From the NCBI GenBank assembly GCA_002189035.1, contig CM007992.1, positions 3,348,001 through 3,412,000 of the forward strand: a stretch of DNA of 64,000 nucleotides, written 5' to 3'. Numbering within the stretch: the first letter of the stretch is position 1; the number at the start of each line of letters is the position of its first letter. Both the position numbers and the translations under genes were made by a program. Positions 28,601-38,344 of this stretch are shown here, in pieces. The notes beneath the pieces are model-generated. The model had not been told where the DNA came from. It made no database searches and saw only the letters and a list, made by a program, of their open reading frames with translations. This stretch comes from Utricularia gibba. Lineage: Eukaryota; Plantae; Magnoliophyta.

Positions 28601-30103
28601 ATTCCAGTCCTTTAATTGAGGTACGCCATGTATAACTCCTTGGGTTTGCGCTGTTCTGAGTTGGCTTGCATGATAGTGACCTAATCTTTTGTGCCATAGG
28701 AAAGAGGTATTTACAGCTGCAAGACAGAAATTACTATTAGTTGTCATGCAGTTAACTGGAAAGAGGCGATTTACCATGGGCACTTTTAGTACAATATTGT
28801 GAGCATAATCCTTCAACAAGCACATATTGTTCTCTATATTCAACTCATATCCACATTCTGCTAGTTGTCCTGCACTCAGTAAGTTGTGAGAAGCCTTTGG
28901 TACATAGAATACATTAGTAATCTTGATGAGTTTTTGTTCAGTTTCCAGACAGATTGATCCAACACCTTCAACTGCAATGAGCGTTCCATCAGCAATGGTG
29001 AGAGTTTTTCCTGATATTGGGGTATATGTTGTGAATATAGACTTGTTGTTGGTCAAGTGATTACTGCAGGCGCAATCAATGAACCAGATTGTGTTGTGTC
29101 GTAGATCAGTGAAATCAGAGAGAGTAGTCTTGCTGCACAAGATATAAACTGAAGACTTCACTTTCATATTTGAATCATCAGGAGATACATGAATTGATTT
29201 GTTTTTTGAATGTTCAGAAGATGCAGCAACAATATAAGTAGAGGCATATGATTTCTTGGTGGGACACACACGCTCCACATGGCCTTTGGTTGAACAGATT
29301 GCGCAATGAGCCTCAGGATGCCAAAAACAGTTCGTTGGAATGTGGTTTTTCTGTGCGCAATATGGGCAAGGAGGATGTGGCCCCTTTTTCTCTTTCTTGA
29401 CAGGTAGGAAACTTGGTGCAGAATATTGTTGTGTCCCATTTTCTCCTTTAGGACCTGCTATAGTAAGTGATGCTTTGAAGGCAGCTTCTAATAGATTTTC
29501 TTCATTGCGAGATTTACGTCTGCTGTCCACATTTTTGAAGTGTTGGAGCAGTTGCTGCAGACTCAGAGTTTCTAGAAATCCGGTTGCTTCCAAGGATTCA
29601 ACGACAGCATCATAATCTGCCGGAGCACTATGAATGATCCTGGCCTTAAGCTTGCGCTCTTCACGGGAGTCAACTTCTTCTCCAAGGCGCTTTAGTTTTT
29701 CCAGGTTTTTGAGAAGTTGTTCTGCATTGGTGGCTACCTCGCCATCTCTAATTTTGAAGTTGTAAACTTCATTCCATAGTTTCTGTATCTCCCTGTGCTT
29801 GTCTTCCTTTGTTTCTTCAAAGGTTTTCTCGAGCATAAGCCACGCCTCTCTTGGAGACCTTCGAGTTATACACCTGTAAGCATCTCCAACCACTGCTGTG
29901 GCTAGCACAGCTGCAGCCTGAATTTCTTTGTCTCTATAAGCTTTTTCAGCTGCAGTTTTTTCTTCAGGTGTTCCTTCAAAAACTGGATCAGTGGCTATTA
30001 TTTTCCAGAGCCCATGAAGTTGGAGATATATCTCCATTTTTGGCGCCCAAATATCGTATTCCTTTCCGTCAAAAATGGGAGGTAATATGTTTGTTACAGA
30101 CAT
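25448..30103 (-). CDS. Copia Gag-Pol polyprotein (first ATG at 30103; the ORF is open further upstream to 30202)
   Basis: PIFDGKEYDIWAPKM gag start; two CCHC knuckles (CPYCAQKNHIPTNC, CAICSTKGHVERVC); protease WFIDCACSNH; LWHKRLGH; integrase DVCGP/SDNGGEY/QQNGVCERKN; RT LQKALYGLKQAP and YVDD; RNase H FVDSDFAGD..SSAEAEY..QAADILTKAL. Confidence 0.95.
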   Translation of the reverse strand: MSVTNILPPIFDGKEYDIWAPKMEIYLQLHGLWKIIATDPVFEGTPEEKTAAEKAYRDKEIQAAAVLATAVVGDAYRCITRRSPREAWLMLEKTFEETKEDKHREIQKLWNEVYNFKIRDGEVATNAEQLLKNLEKLKRLGEEVDSREERKLKARIIHSAPADYDAVVESLEATGFLETLSLQQLLQHFKNVDSRRKSRNEENLLEAAFKASLTIAGPKGENGTQQYSAPSFLPVKKEKKGPHPPCPYCAQKNHIPTNCFWHPEAHCAICSTKGHVERVCPTKKSYASTYIVAASSEHSKNKSIHVSPDDSNMKVKSSVYILCSKTTLSDFTDLRHNTIWFIDCACSNHLTNNKSIFTTYTPISGKTLTIADGTLIAVEGVGSICLETEQKLIKITNVFYVPKASHNLLSAGQLAECGYELNIENNMCLLKDYAHNIVLKVPMVNRLFPVNCMTTNSNFCLAAVNTSFLWHKRLGHYHASQLRTAQTQGVIHGVPQLKDWNFPCSTCLFGKMHKKPFKNRTEVSDSKLQLVVSDVCGPMHVETPGGKKFYVLFIDDYTKHMWVYFLKQKSEVTKYFKQFKMMAELQSNCRILTLHSDNGGEYKSSELRDICNASGIVHRFTVPYTPQQNGVCERKNQTIMNMARCLLLEHNLPLRFWGEAVNTAVFLLNRLPTKGIPEGKTPHELWYGKVPDLQNLKIFGSLCYVHISKEKRRKLENHAQMGVFMGYSDSSQIYRIFIPSKQCIEVQRCADVVVEESLTYDWHNISSTPENEAEYSRDMQLLFPINASENLTEMHEENLVNELPETNTTITNNSNLVGAETEDNNYFRHHSERNQDMQSNDHMPYPTSSQQPQHGESRESEYQFSSLQEQEENTSHFQNSEQIISERHDNTENISEDSANNYNSYTHHFMLQSADHLIDEEPARGYCPLTEVYDRSLMICEPTSPFEALNDPAWKTSMDNELQAIAEHQVWTAVDKPLNIKPLGLKWIYRTKLNPDGSVNKLKSRLVAKGYLQKEGIDYWETFAPVARLDTIKLIIALAASQGWILHHLDIKNAFLNGDLKEDIYVENPPGFTLKDGSNKVLKLQKALYGLKQAPKEWYSTIDSYFGQMGYIRSKNDPTLYTLNNQTGKVIISLYVDDILLTGNNETLIADQKSRLKQRFELTDLGPARYILGLEIIQDPNFIFLSQQKYTEDLLKKFGMDNAKEATTPFTPYLKNKANNYLKELNSADSGPQDPQENSVNIREYQKTVGALLYLTSTRPDITFAVTFLSRFMHHPLALHLRIAKQIFKYLNATKTMGLYFKRHTDLSLQGFVDSDFAGDESDLKSTTGYLFTLGSAAFAWNSRKQTLVAQSSAEAEYMAGACAANHAQWLLKLCEDLQIKINKPLILKIDSKSAISIAQNPVMFGKTKHIKIKYHVLREYIKEGSIKLEYLPSERQAADILTKALFPSHFSQIRELLGLRRNPLITAASSHVLPQGGMMSSEDEYEINQQQTVRNVEDPEQENTNVLRDNGRKKKKVCQQLGLIILDSKIRRWATNKDLATHPLQENGPT
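25669..25680 (-). other. Polypurine tract (CTCAAGGAGGAA) abutting the 3' LTR
   Basis: Purine-rich run immediately 5' of the 3' LTR on the element strand. Confidence 0.7.
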
Positions 30104-30217
30104 GATGACACTCTTTTGAGAACCTGCGATAGAATATAGAGTAAGGTAAGAAGCCTTTAGATGTAGTGTTTGAGTGGCAAACCGTGTTTGGAAGGATAGC
30201 AATGTTGAGCTGCTTGT

Positions 30218-30235
30218 TTCACGTCGGGTTCACCA
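30218..30235 (-). other. Primer-binding site complementary to the 3' 18 nt of tRNA-Trp
   Basis: Element strand reads TGGTGAACCCGACGTGAA directly after the 5' LTR. The plus strand TTCACGTCGGGTTCACCA matches the plant tRNA-Trp(CCA) 3' end as I recall it. Confidence 0.8.
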
Positions 30236-30627
30236 TGATAGCAGTTTATATCGATGTGTGAGGGTTGTAGAACAGATATTTTATTTAATGTTATGCAAGA
30301 GTACACATATTTATAGTTCTTTAGCAACGGTCGCCTACTTCTAGGGATTAGCCGTTGCTCACTACGACTTCCAACAATATTGACTTCAGCACGTTGGGCC
30401 ATATCATCATGTTGGGCCATTTTCTTGAAGTGGATGAGTAGCAAGATCTTTGTTGGTGGCCCATCTTCTGATCTTGCTGTCCAGTATAATCAGTCCGAGT
30501 TGCTGACAGACCTTCTTCTTCTTCCTCCCGTTATCTCTCAACACATTCGTATTTTCCTGTTCTGGGTCCTCCACATTTCTCACAGTTTGCTGCTGGTTTA
30601 TCTCATATTCGTCCTCACTCGACATCA
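30236..30627 (-). repeat. 5' LTR (392 bp)
   Basis: Same sequence as 25277-25668 by eye; the ORF-track translations over both copies are identical. Confidence 0.95.
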
Positions 30628-31621
30628 GAGGTACCTGTGGGAAACAAAAACGACGTTGTTTCGAAACGGCATTAAGTGTAGGGTGCACACAAATCGAGTA
30701 CCAGTAATTTCCTCCTGGTGTGGCACGACATGTACCTTAGGAACTCAAGGACATGGGCGCCGCTGCAGTGGGCGAGCGACAGTGGGGGGCGGTGGTTGCG
30801 GAGGTACTGTCCGAAGCTGATCCAGTCCCGGCGCTTCTGGTTCTCGTAGCGGCTGAGCGTAGTGGGCGAGGAGGACAAGGGAGGAGGAGGAGGAGAAGTC
30901 AGGCTGGAAGATCCGGAGGGCGATCCCAACAAGGGCAGCGACATAGTGGGCGGCGGAGCGACGGCGATGTTGAGATCTCGAATCATGGGATTTGCACCCC
31001 TAACTTCCCCAGAGGATATTCCCGTACGGTGGTCCATGGATCACCCCTCTCGATATATGATTAGGGTTTATGATGAGAAGGCAAGAAAAAGAGAGCAAGA
31101 AGAAGTGGGCTGTCTGAATGAGCCGTCGCTTTCGTTCTTTTCAGAGACAGGAGGATCCATGTCCGATATGCGGGCTTCACGAATGAGTTTGGAGGCTACT
31201 GCTTTTATCCCCAACACTCACTCACATTCGTAACAGAGCGTGTGTCTGTGTGTTTTTGCTTTGCTGCAGTAGGGCGGCAGCAAAGCAGACACCTCTCTCT
31301 CTCCCATGACTAGTCTTGTGCTTATGACTGGATGCCCAACATGATTCACAGGCTTGACTTTGACCCTCTCCTCCCCTCCCATCGAGTTTGGGCACATTCC
31401 AGTCTCCTTCTTCTTCACCTTATCTTATCTCTCTCTTTCATGGGTTCATCAGTCTGGGTTTTTGTGCTTCTCTGCGGCCTTTCTTTTCATCTGATGAATG
31501 AGAAACACCTTGTGACGCTTCAAATACAACCCGCACGCTCTCTTTTCTCTGAAACAGTGTCAAAACAGACAACCAAACCAGGGGAAGAAGATCAGTGTTG
31601 TTGTTTCCATAGAACCTGATC

Positions 31622-31642
31622 GGGGGGGGGGGGGGGGGGGGG
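31622..31642. repeat. Poly-G tract (~21 nt) upstream of the ALOG gene
   Basis: Read directly. Confidence 0.85.
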
Positions 31643-32841
31643 AAGCTACTAGTTTCAACTGCATTTTCCCTTGATCCAACCAATGTGATGCCCTAATTTC
31701 AGCAAGCCAGGGAGTGGGCTCTATTCTAATGTTTTGTATAAGAGGATGTTATAAGTGGAATACTTAGTCACCATAAAATTGTATAGGATAACTTAAATTT
31801 GTAATCGGTTGGAACTAGAATGATTCATGATTCTGAATTTATGTACAATTCCGATTTTGAATTGGTTCAATATTTTTGGAATTGGGAAGCTACCATTCCA
31901 GCCCATTTGAAATCAATGTAATTGATGGTTCAAAACTAATGAAACATCGATTTTAATTTTAAAAATTTAAAATTTGGTGACACTCATAATAACTATTATG
32001 GAAACCTGATAAAAAATGTATTTTATAGATAGTTACAACGGTTCATGTGGATGACTAAGACAAATTATCTTTTTTGTATGATTGTTTTAAATACTCAGAA
32101 CAATTGTCCGGTTTAATTCCGGTTTCAGTTTAATTCAATGTTTTCAGTTTCGGTTTTGAATTGAAACCATACAGCTAGACTTCAATTTAAGTTCGATTCA
32201 AGGTTTACAATTCCAAACCAAATTTGATATTTAACTGTGGTTTATGATAATGTCACTTAAATTCTGTATTTAGTTATTTTATTTTAAAATAAAAAATATA
32301 AAAAAATTGGGATGGGCTCTATCCATTTGATTACGGGCCCATTTGCCGCGTGTAGGCCCATACTTGGTATCCATCGTGCGGTCCATTTGGAAAAGTAAGT
32401 GTCGCCGTTGCTCCGGCGTGACGTCTCTGAAATCCAAGGTGCGAAGAGCTTTGCTGGGGTTCTTCGCTCCGAGGTGTTATGTGCTTTGATTTGCTTGGGA
32501 TGAGGACGTGTTGGATTCGTTTTGTGTCCATTTCTTGATCCTGGTAGTGCAATTCCGGTGCGTTGCCGGTTTTTCGCTTTTGCTGGAACGTATATACTAA
32601 CGATGGTAAGATGAATTTTTGAGCCACTCGCTCCATGGTGTTGGATATGTGAATGTGGAAACTAGATCGCAATTTCCGGCAAGCTAGTGATTTATGCGCC
32701 GGGATGAAGTTTGTATTCGTTTTTATTGTATGTTGAATTTGTATATATTGGCTTCCTTCCTGGCGTTTGATGACTATCTTCTACGATTATCACTTGAGGG
32801 AATTTGCTGATTTTATTTATGTGATAGATTCTTGCAAGACG

Positions 32842-34254
32842 ATGCGGTCGTCTGCCAGCTTGCGACGCGGGAAAAGGGCTGTGCTATAGAATATGTAAGT
32901 GACGCTGAATACTTTAAAAATGAGCATGCTTCATCGTGCAAAATGTGCAGAATTGGATTGCTGCGTAGTTTTTGTGCTTATGTTGTTAAGCAGATTGCAG
33001 TATCATTGCCAAAGAACCTCAGGCTCGGCAACATTTTACATCTTCTGCTATATTTAATCCTTCCGGATTGCCCAGAACTGAGCCTACAAATGTAAGAATG
33101 CTTAGTTGAAGTTGCTACATATGATTATGACCACCCAACTCTCTATCTGACGGTGCTTGAATATTGCATAGACAACTTGAAGTTGCATTTTGTCTTTTTT
33201 GAGAATTCTTTTGATACAAAGGTGTGTTATGTGTGGGAGTGAATGAGGTATACATCCTTCATTCATTCTCCCAAGTCTGTTACACTGGATTTAAACAGTG
33301 ATATGGTGGAATTTCTCCGTGGAGTATTTTTAGTATTTGAACTTGTTTTGTTTGTGTAAATTTTCTCTTCATTTGACTGGTGTAGTTTCTATGCAAAACA
33401 AATCCGGTAAACGTGCAGTATCGATGCTTGTCATCTTCGACATTTAACCAAGGTAAGATAATACATTTTTTGTTTCTTCATCTTGTCATATATTCTTGGA
33501 CAGTAGTTCTTTGCTTAGACTGATTTTCACTTTTTATTTATCTGTAGTGGATCAGGAATCACTGCAGAAGGATGCTGAAAAGAAAATTGGCTGGGTGTTG
33601 AAGACATTATTTTTGGGGACTGCATCATTCGTTGCCTACAATTTATTTCCATACATGGGTTGGTTTTTTTATACATAATCAACTGAAATCCAACATATGG
33701 AATACAATTTCTTACGCCTTCTTTTTCACCTGTGTAGGTGAGAATGTGATACAGCAGTCTGTGTCACTCTTGAAAACCAAGGACCCTCTCTTCAAAAGAA
33801 TGGGAGCTTCTAGAGTAGCTCGTATTGCAATCGACGGTAATGCATATTTTCCAAACTGGCTATTGCCTGTCATCTTGGCATGGATGCTCTGCATTTTAGT
33901 AATCTCCTGTCACACACTTTTCCAGATGAAAGGCGGATGAAGATAGTTGAATTAGGTGGGGTTCAGCACCTTCTCAATATGCTGGCCTTTGCAAAAGATG
34001 ATCGAACCCGACTGGAAGCACTGAAAGCTCTCGTAGCCATCTGCAAATCAGGTTTCCCTTGCTATGCTGATAGCATCCACGCCACTGCTACAGACTACTA
34101 ACTGATGTGTTATGGTGCAGATGCTGCTGCAGCCGCTGTGCAAGAAGCTGGAGGTGCAGAGGTGATCGATTCGACTCCGGATTCGGAGTCAGATTCCGAG
34201 ATCGGAGTATGCAAGTCCACTTTGGCAAGCAGATTCCGGGAACTCAGACATTGA
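32842..34254 (+). CDS. ARM-repeat plant protein with a predicted TM segment; start codon and first exons uncertain
   Basis: Exons encode ..SSTFNQ|VDQESLQKDAEKKIGWVLKTLFLGTASFVAYNLFPYM|GENVIQQSVSLLKTKDPLFKRMGASRVARIAID|DERRMKIVELGGVQHLLNMLAFAKDDRTRLEALKALVAICKS|DAAAAAVQEAGGAEVI..ELRH*. Confidence 0.75.
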
Positions 34255-35177
34255 CAATAAGGTATGACACCAGACATGTTTTTAGGCATGCTATCAAGAG
34301 ACATAACCTGATTTCAGTTGTTTTAGAGAAGCCGTTTTGCTGGGCAGTAAAAGAAGAGAAGTGAAGTAGAGTTGCTGGATAGCATGTCTGAAATGATTTT
34401 AATAAATTTTTTAATTTTAATAATTTCTCTTTTATAATGTTGTTTTATTATAAATCAAAAATAAAATTTAAATAAAGGTAAGAGATTGAGTGGTTTTCTT
34501 TAAATGTGTATATTGTATTTTTTTTAGTTTTTTTTCAATGATAAATGTGTTTTTTTTGTTGTAAAATTAAAATTAATTTATTATAGTATATCAATGATAT
34601 TTTTACTATTTTATATATTTAAATAAAAATGAATTTTAATCAATTAAGTCTCGATCTAATAAAGGATGCATGTATTTTAAATGAATTTTACATTGATTAA
34701 GAATGTAATAATAAAATAGTTTGTATAAAAATATCTTCTTTAATTTTATATGATTTTTTTTTTCACAAGAGAAGAATGTAACTATATGAAAATTGAGTGT
34801 TTAAAGCAAATAATATTGTACAATACAAGATGAAGATTAAATTTAAATGAAATTATAAAATACATATCTAATAATATAAACATAAATCATAAAGTAATAC
34901 ATGCTAATGACTAATTATGGATCGAGAAGTGTATATGTAAACTCAAGAAGCCCATTGGGTCCGGAAATGGATGTTTGGGCCTACGATGGGCCTTTGGGCA
35001 GATAGAGAATTGATTGTCGTTTTCTGCTACTAGGCTTTGCTTCATCGAAAGAACTTGATGCTGCTTCGCTGCTTTCATCGGTTTATCTTCTCAGTTTCTT
35101 CTTCTAATTGTCATCTCATCACCGCCATTATTTATCTCATCTGAACTTCCGTTTTCTGCTTGCTGCCTTCGATCGTA

Positions 35178-36188
35178 ATGTCTTTTCGCTGGGGAGTGGT
35201 CGGTTATCGATCCCTTTTTTGTTGATTTTGATATTCTGCAGTTTGTTATTTTGTTTGTTCGTTTGTGCTGTGTTTCCGATCCGTTTGTTTTTATGAAGGG
35301 TTTGATGGCGAGCGCCTGAATATGGGTTCGTAACATCCGTTTGCATATTCGAGTTTATGGTTTTCGCTGCTTATGTGTTCCTTGAATGATCGATTGATTA
35401 ATCTGTTTATTGTTTTGAAGAACTCGTTTATGTGTTTATGCCGCCAATTTTTTGATATGCTATCCATTTCGCTAGTTCACCATGTCCCATGAAGGGCGAT
35501 TGGAGGAAGGGTTTTTGCTGTGTTTGACTGTAGTTGGACTTTGACTCTTGAATTTGGGAATACTGTTAATGGGGAATTAAGGATGCGACGGAAGACAATG
35601 TTGTGTGTTGTTTTAGATTTTGATTTTGCATTACGAGCTTGGTCAGTGGGGTGAGATTCTGTTGCTTCACCTCTGGTTTGAACTATCTGTTCCAGAGAAA
35701 TGCAATATCAGGGATGGGTGTGGCAGATGACACCAAAACAACTTACATGGAATTGCAGAGGAAAAAAGTGTACCGCTATGTGATATTCAAGATTGATGAG
35801 AAGAAAAAGGAGGTTGTGGTTGAAAAAACTGGCAACCCTGCTGAGAACTACGAAGATTTCACTGCATCTCTGCCAGAGAGTGACTGTCGTTATGCGGTTT
35901 ATGATTTCGATTTCGTAACTTCTGATAAATGCCAAAAGAGCAAGATCTTCTTCATTGCATGGTCTGTAGCACAATACACAGTAGTCTAAACACATGTTTT
36001 TACAGGGGCACTGATCAATCAAAGTATTCTTTCTCAGGTCACCCTCAGTCTCCCGCATCCGTTCAAAGATGCTTTATGCGACTTCCAAGGAAAGGTTCAG
36101 GAGGGAATTGGAGGGCGTTCACTACGAGATTCAGGCGACCGATCCAACCGAGATGGACATGGACGTGATCAAGGAGCGTGCCAACTGA
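35178..36188 (+). CDS. ADF6: Actin-depolymerizing factor, ADF6-like, 3 exons
   Basis: MSFRWGV|[61 protein letters not shown]|[36 protein letters not shown]. The MSFR N-terminus points to the ADF6 subclass. Confidence 0.88.
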
Positions 36189-37978
36189 TCCCATCACCAT
36201 CATCACCTATAAAGAAGTATACTTGTCCATGGTGTCTTTCCCTCATAGTTTTATTAACTTTTAACCTTGAATAAGCTGGCTTAGGGGAAATGCTGATTGG
36301 GAGCTCTCTCACCTGCAACATGCTTCTCCCCCAAGTGATGCGTTTTCCGGTTATGTTATCATGTAATGAAGCTGTATTCGAAACTGTGGTGCTGCTATGG
36401 TCTTTTGCTTCCTTTTGTACCTTCCCAATTGCTGCAACTGGCATAAGCCACAGGGTTGTTCGTTGCAGACTCAGATTCCAATGACAGGGAAAATGATGCA
36501 GGGTGCTGGTCTATCTGTATATTTGTGACCATGAAACATTGCTTCTTTGTTATCTTCCTCATTCTGCTGACAAGGAAGTTCCGGCCCAACTCCCCGGTAG
36601 CCTATTCGCAGAATCTGTTTTCCGATGACTCTTCCCGGTCCAAGGATCTTTCCGGTCATTCTTGATAGCAACGCAGGGGTTTGATTCTACACCAAAAAAC
36701 AAATACCAAATGTCTGGTCCAAACCAGACAAACAAAAAAGAATGAAAAGCTCTCCTCCACTTAGATGGCAATACTGTGTTTCGGTCTGGTGTTTTTTTTA
36801 TTTATTTATGTAGGTGGCTCTTATGAAAAAAACCATTTTAATAAAATAAAAATATAATAGAACGAGAATTGATGTATTATTTAAGTACACAAAAAATGAT
36901 AATTAATTATTATAATAAATGATATATTTATTAAGAATTATTTTTTTCAAATCGATAAATTTCAAAAATATATTTTATAAATCATTTATATTACGAATAT
37001 ACTCTATAAATGTATAAGGTATTTTTAATATTTCTATAAAACAGATTTGTACCAAGATTATATAATTTAAAATAATTTATTTGAAGATGGGTAATAGTTA
37101 TAATTTTTATAAAAAACATGAATTTAATTGTTAATTTATATCTGATAATTGATTCTAAAAAATCAATCATAAGCAAATTTATAATTCATTCTCAAAAATA
37201 ATTCTTGAATTCGATAGATGTTTAAAACTTAAAATTTATTATTGAAATAAGATTTAATTGTATTATTGATTTTCCACATGTAGAGGATGCCTCTCCTACT
37301 ATTCTAACATATGATAAATAGACGAGAATTTTTCAATATTTTGATATCTAGTGTTGACACCTCAGTTTTGATTTGTTCGTCTTTTAAAAGAGGGAGGTGC
37401 TCTTGTAAATGAGAGGGATTGAACTAAGGATGAGAACTTAGTGTTTGAATGATGAAAATAGGATGCAATAATCTCACACTACCACACAAACACAATGAAT
37501 TTGCACAAGAAGCTGCATGGTTGCTTTGGGAGGACAAGATGAAAAAACTTTTCAGTTACAAAATACTCTCTTTCTTTTTTTTATCATCAATACATGAAAA
37601 AAAAAAGAAAAAAATACAACATATATAAACTATACTCTCATGAAAATTGTGAAACATAAATCATAATAGATAACATATCGATATAACCATACATGAAATT
37701 CAAGTAAACGAAAAATATACTCACATTAATAAAGATTATGTACATGATTTGTAATTTATTATGTACTTAACTTGTCGCGGTGAAATGACCAATGGCAAGT
37801 GTGAAGTAGGAAGAACATGTTTATTTGAATAGAATACACTAGAAACAACATCAATCACGGGTAGCATTCTGCAAACCCCAATTCCTAACACCATACAACG
37901 TTAACGTAAGAACAGGCCCCGACGTTTCGAGCACACTTATTAAGGATGTCTAGAAGTAGAGCAACAAGGAGATGAGCC

Positions 37979-38344
37979 TCAACCATGGCGCATCTGGTAT
38001 TGATTCGTATAAGGGGAGAGAAGATCCTCGAGCAGGTTTTCCTGGTACTCGATCTCGAAAACTTCTCGCCGTGGCGCTGAGGTGGAGCCTGTTGATGATA
38101 TCTGGGGCGCCGGCGGCTGCCTCGGCATGTTGTACTCTTCCGGGAAGTTGAGGATGGCGTAGCGGCCTCTCGTCTCGTACGCCTTCCTGTCGACCGCTCT
38201 GGCCGCCTCCTCCGGAGTGTCGTACGACCCCAGCCAGTCCTTCTTCCCCCGCGGCGCCGACTCGCTCAAGTCGCGTAACTCTGCGATCCACTTCCCCTTG
38301 CGCCGCCGCACCCCGTAGAACCTGGTATTCCCGGTATCCGCCAT
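37979..38344 (-). CDS. Small single-exon AP2/ERF protein, group IX-like with a C-terminal EDLL motif; AP2 domain divergent
   Basis: FYGVRRRKGKWIAELRD..WLGSYDTPEEAARAVDRKAYETRGRYAILNFP; EIEYQENLLEDLL; TATA box at ~38403-38410. Confidence 0.85.
   Translation of the reverse strand: MADTGNTRFYGVRRRKGKWIAELRDLSESAPRGKKDWLGSYDTPEEAARAVDRKAYETRGRYAILNFPEEYNMPRQPPAPQISSTGSTSAPRREVFEIEYQENLLEDLLSPYTNQYQMRHG

Larger units (their letters stand above)
25277..30627 (-). mobile_element. Full-length intact Ty1/copia LTR retrotransposon (5351 bp) with 5-bp TSD GAGGT (25272-25276 / 30628-30632)
   Basis: Two 392-bp TG..CA LTRs, PBS, PPT and a single gag-PR-IN-RT-RH ORF in copia order. Confidence 0.97.
24963..31037 (-). 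pseudogene. ALOG (LSH/G1-like, DUF640) transcription factor gene interrupted by a copia element (exon 1 31037-30736, intron 30735-30635, exon 2 split at 30628/25276)
   Basis: Upstream half [39 protein letters not shown]. Downstream half (Y)[90 protein letters not shown], with stop TAG at 24963. Confidence 0.93.

Noticed and set aside
25277-30627. Twin ORF pairs (25087/30157 and 25421/30380) suggesting duplicated genes
   Set aside because: They are translations of the two LTRs.
31790-32230. AACC/GGTT-rich stretch resembling hAT-MITE subterminal repeats (similar motifs at 3840-3910 and 18280-18350)
   Set aside because: I could not define TIRs or a TSD, so it is not reported as an element.
36270-36780. 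Exon-like fragments and short ORFs downstream of ADF
   Set aside because: No recognisable product or consistent spliced frame; most simply 3' UTR or intergenic.
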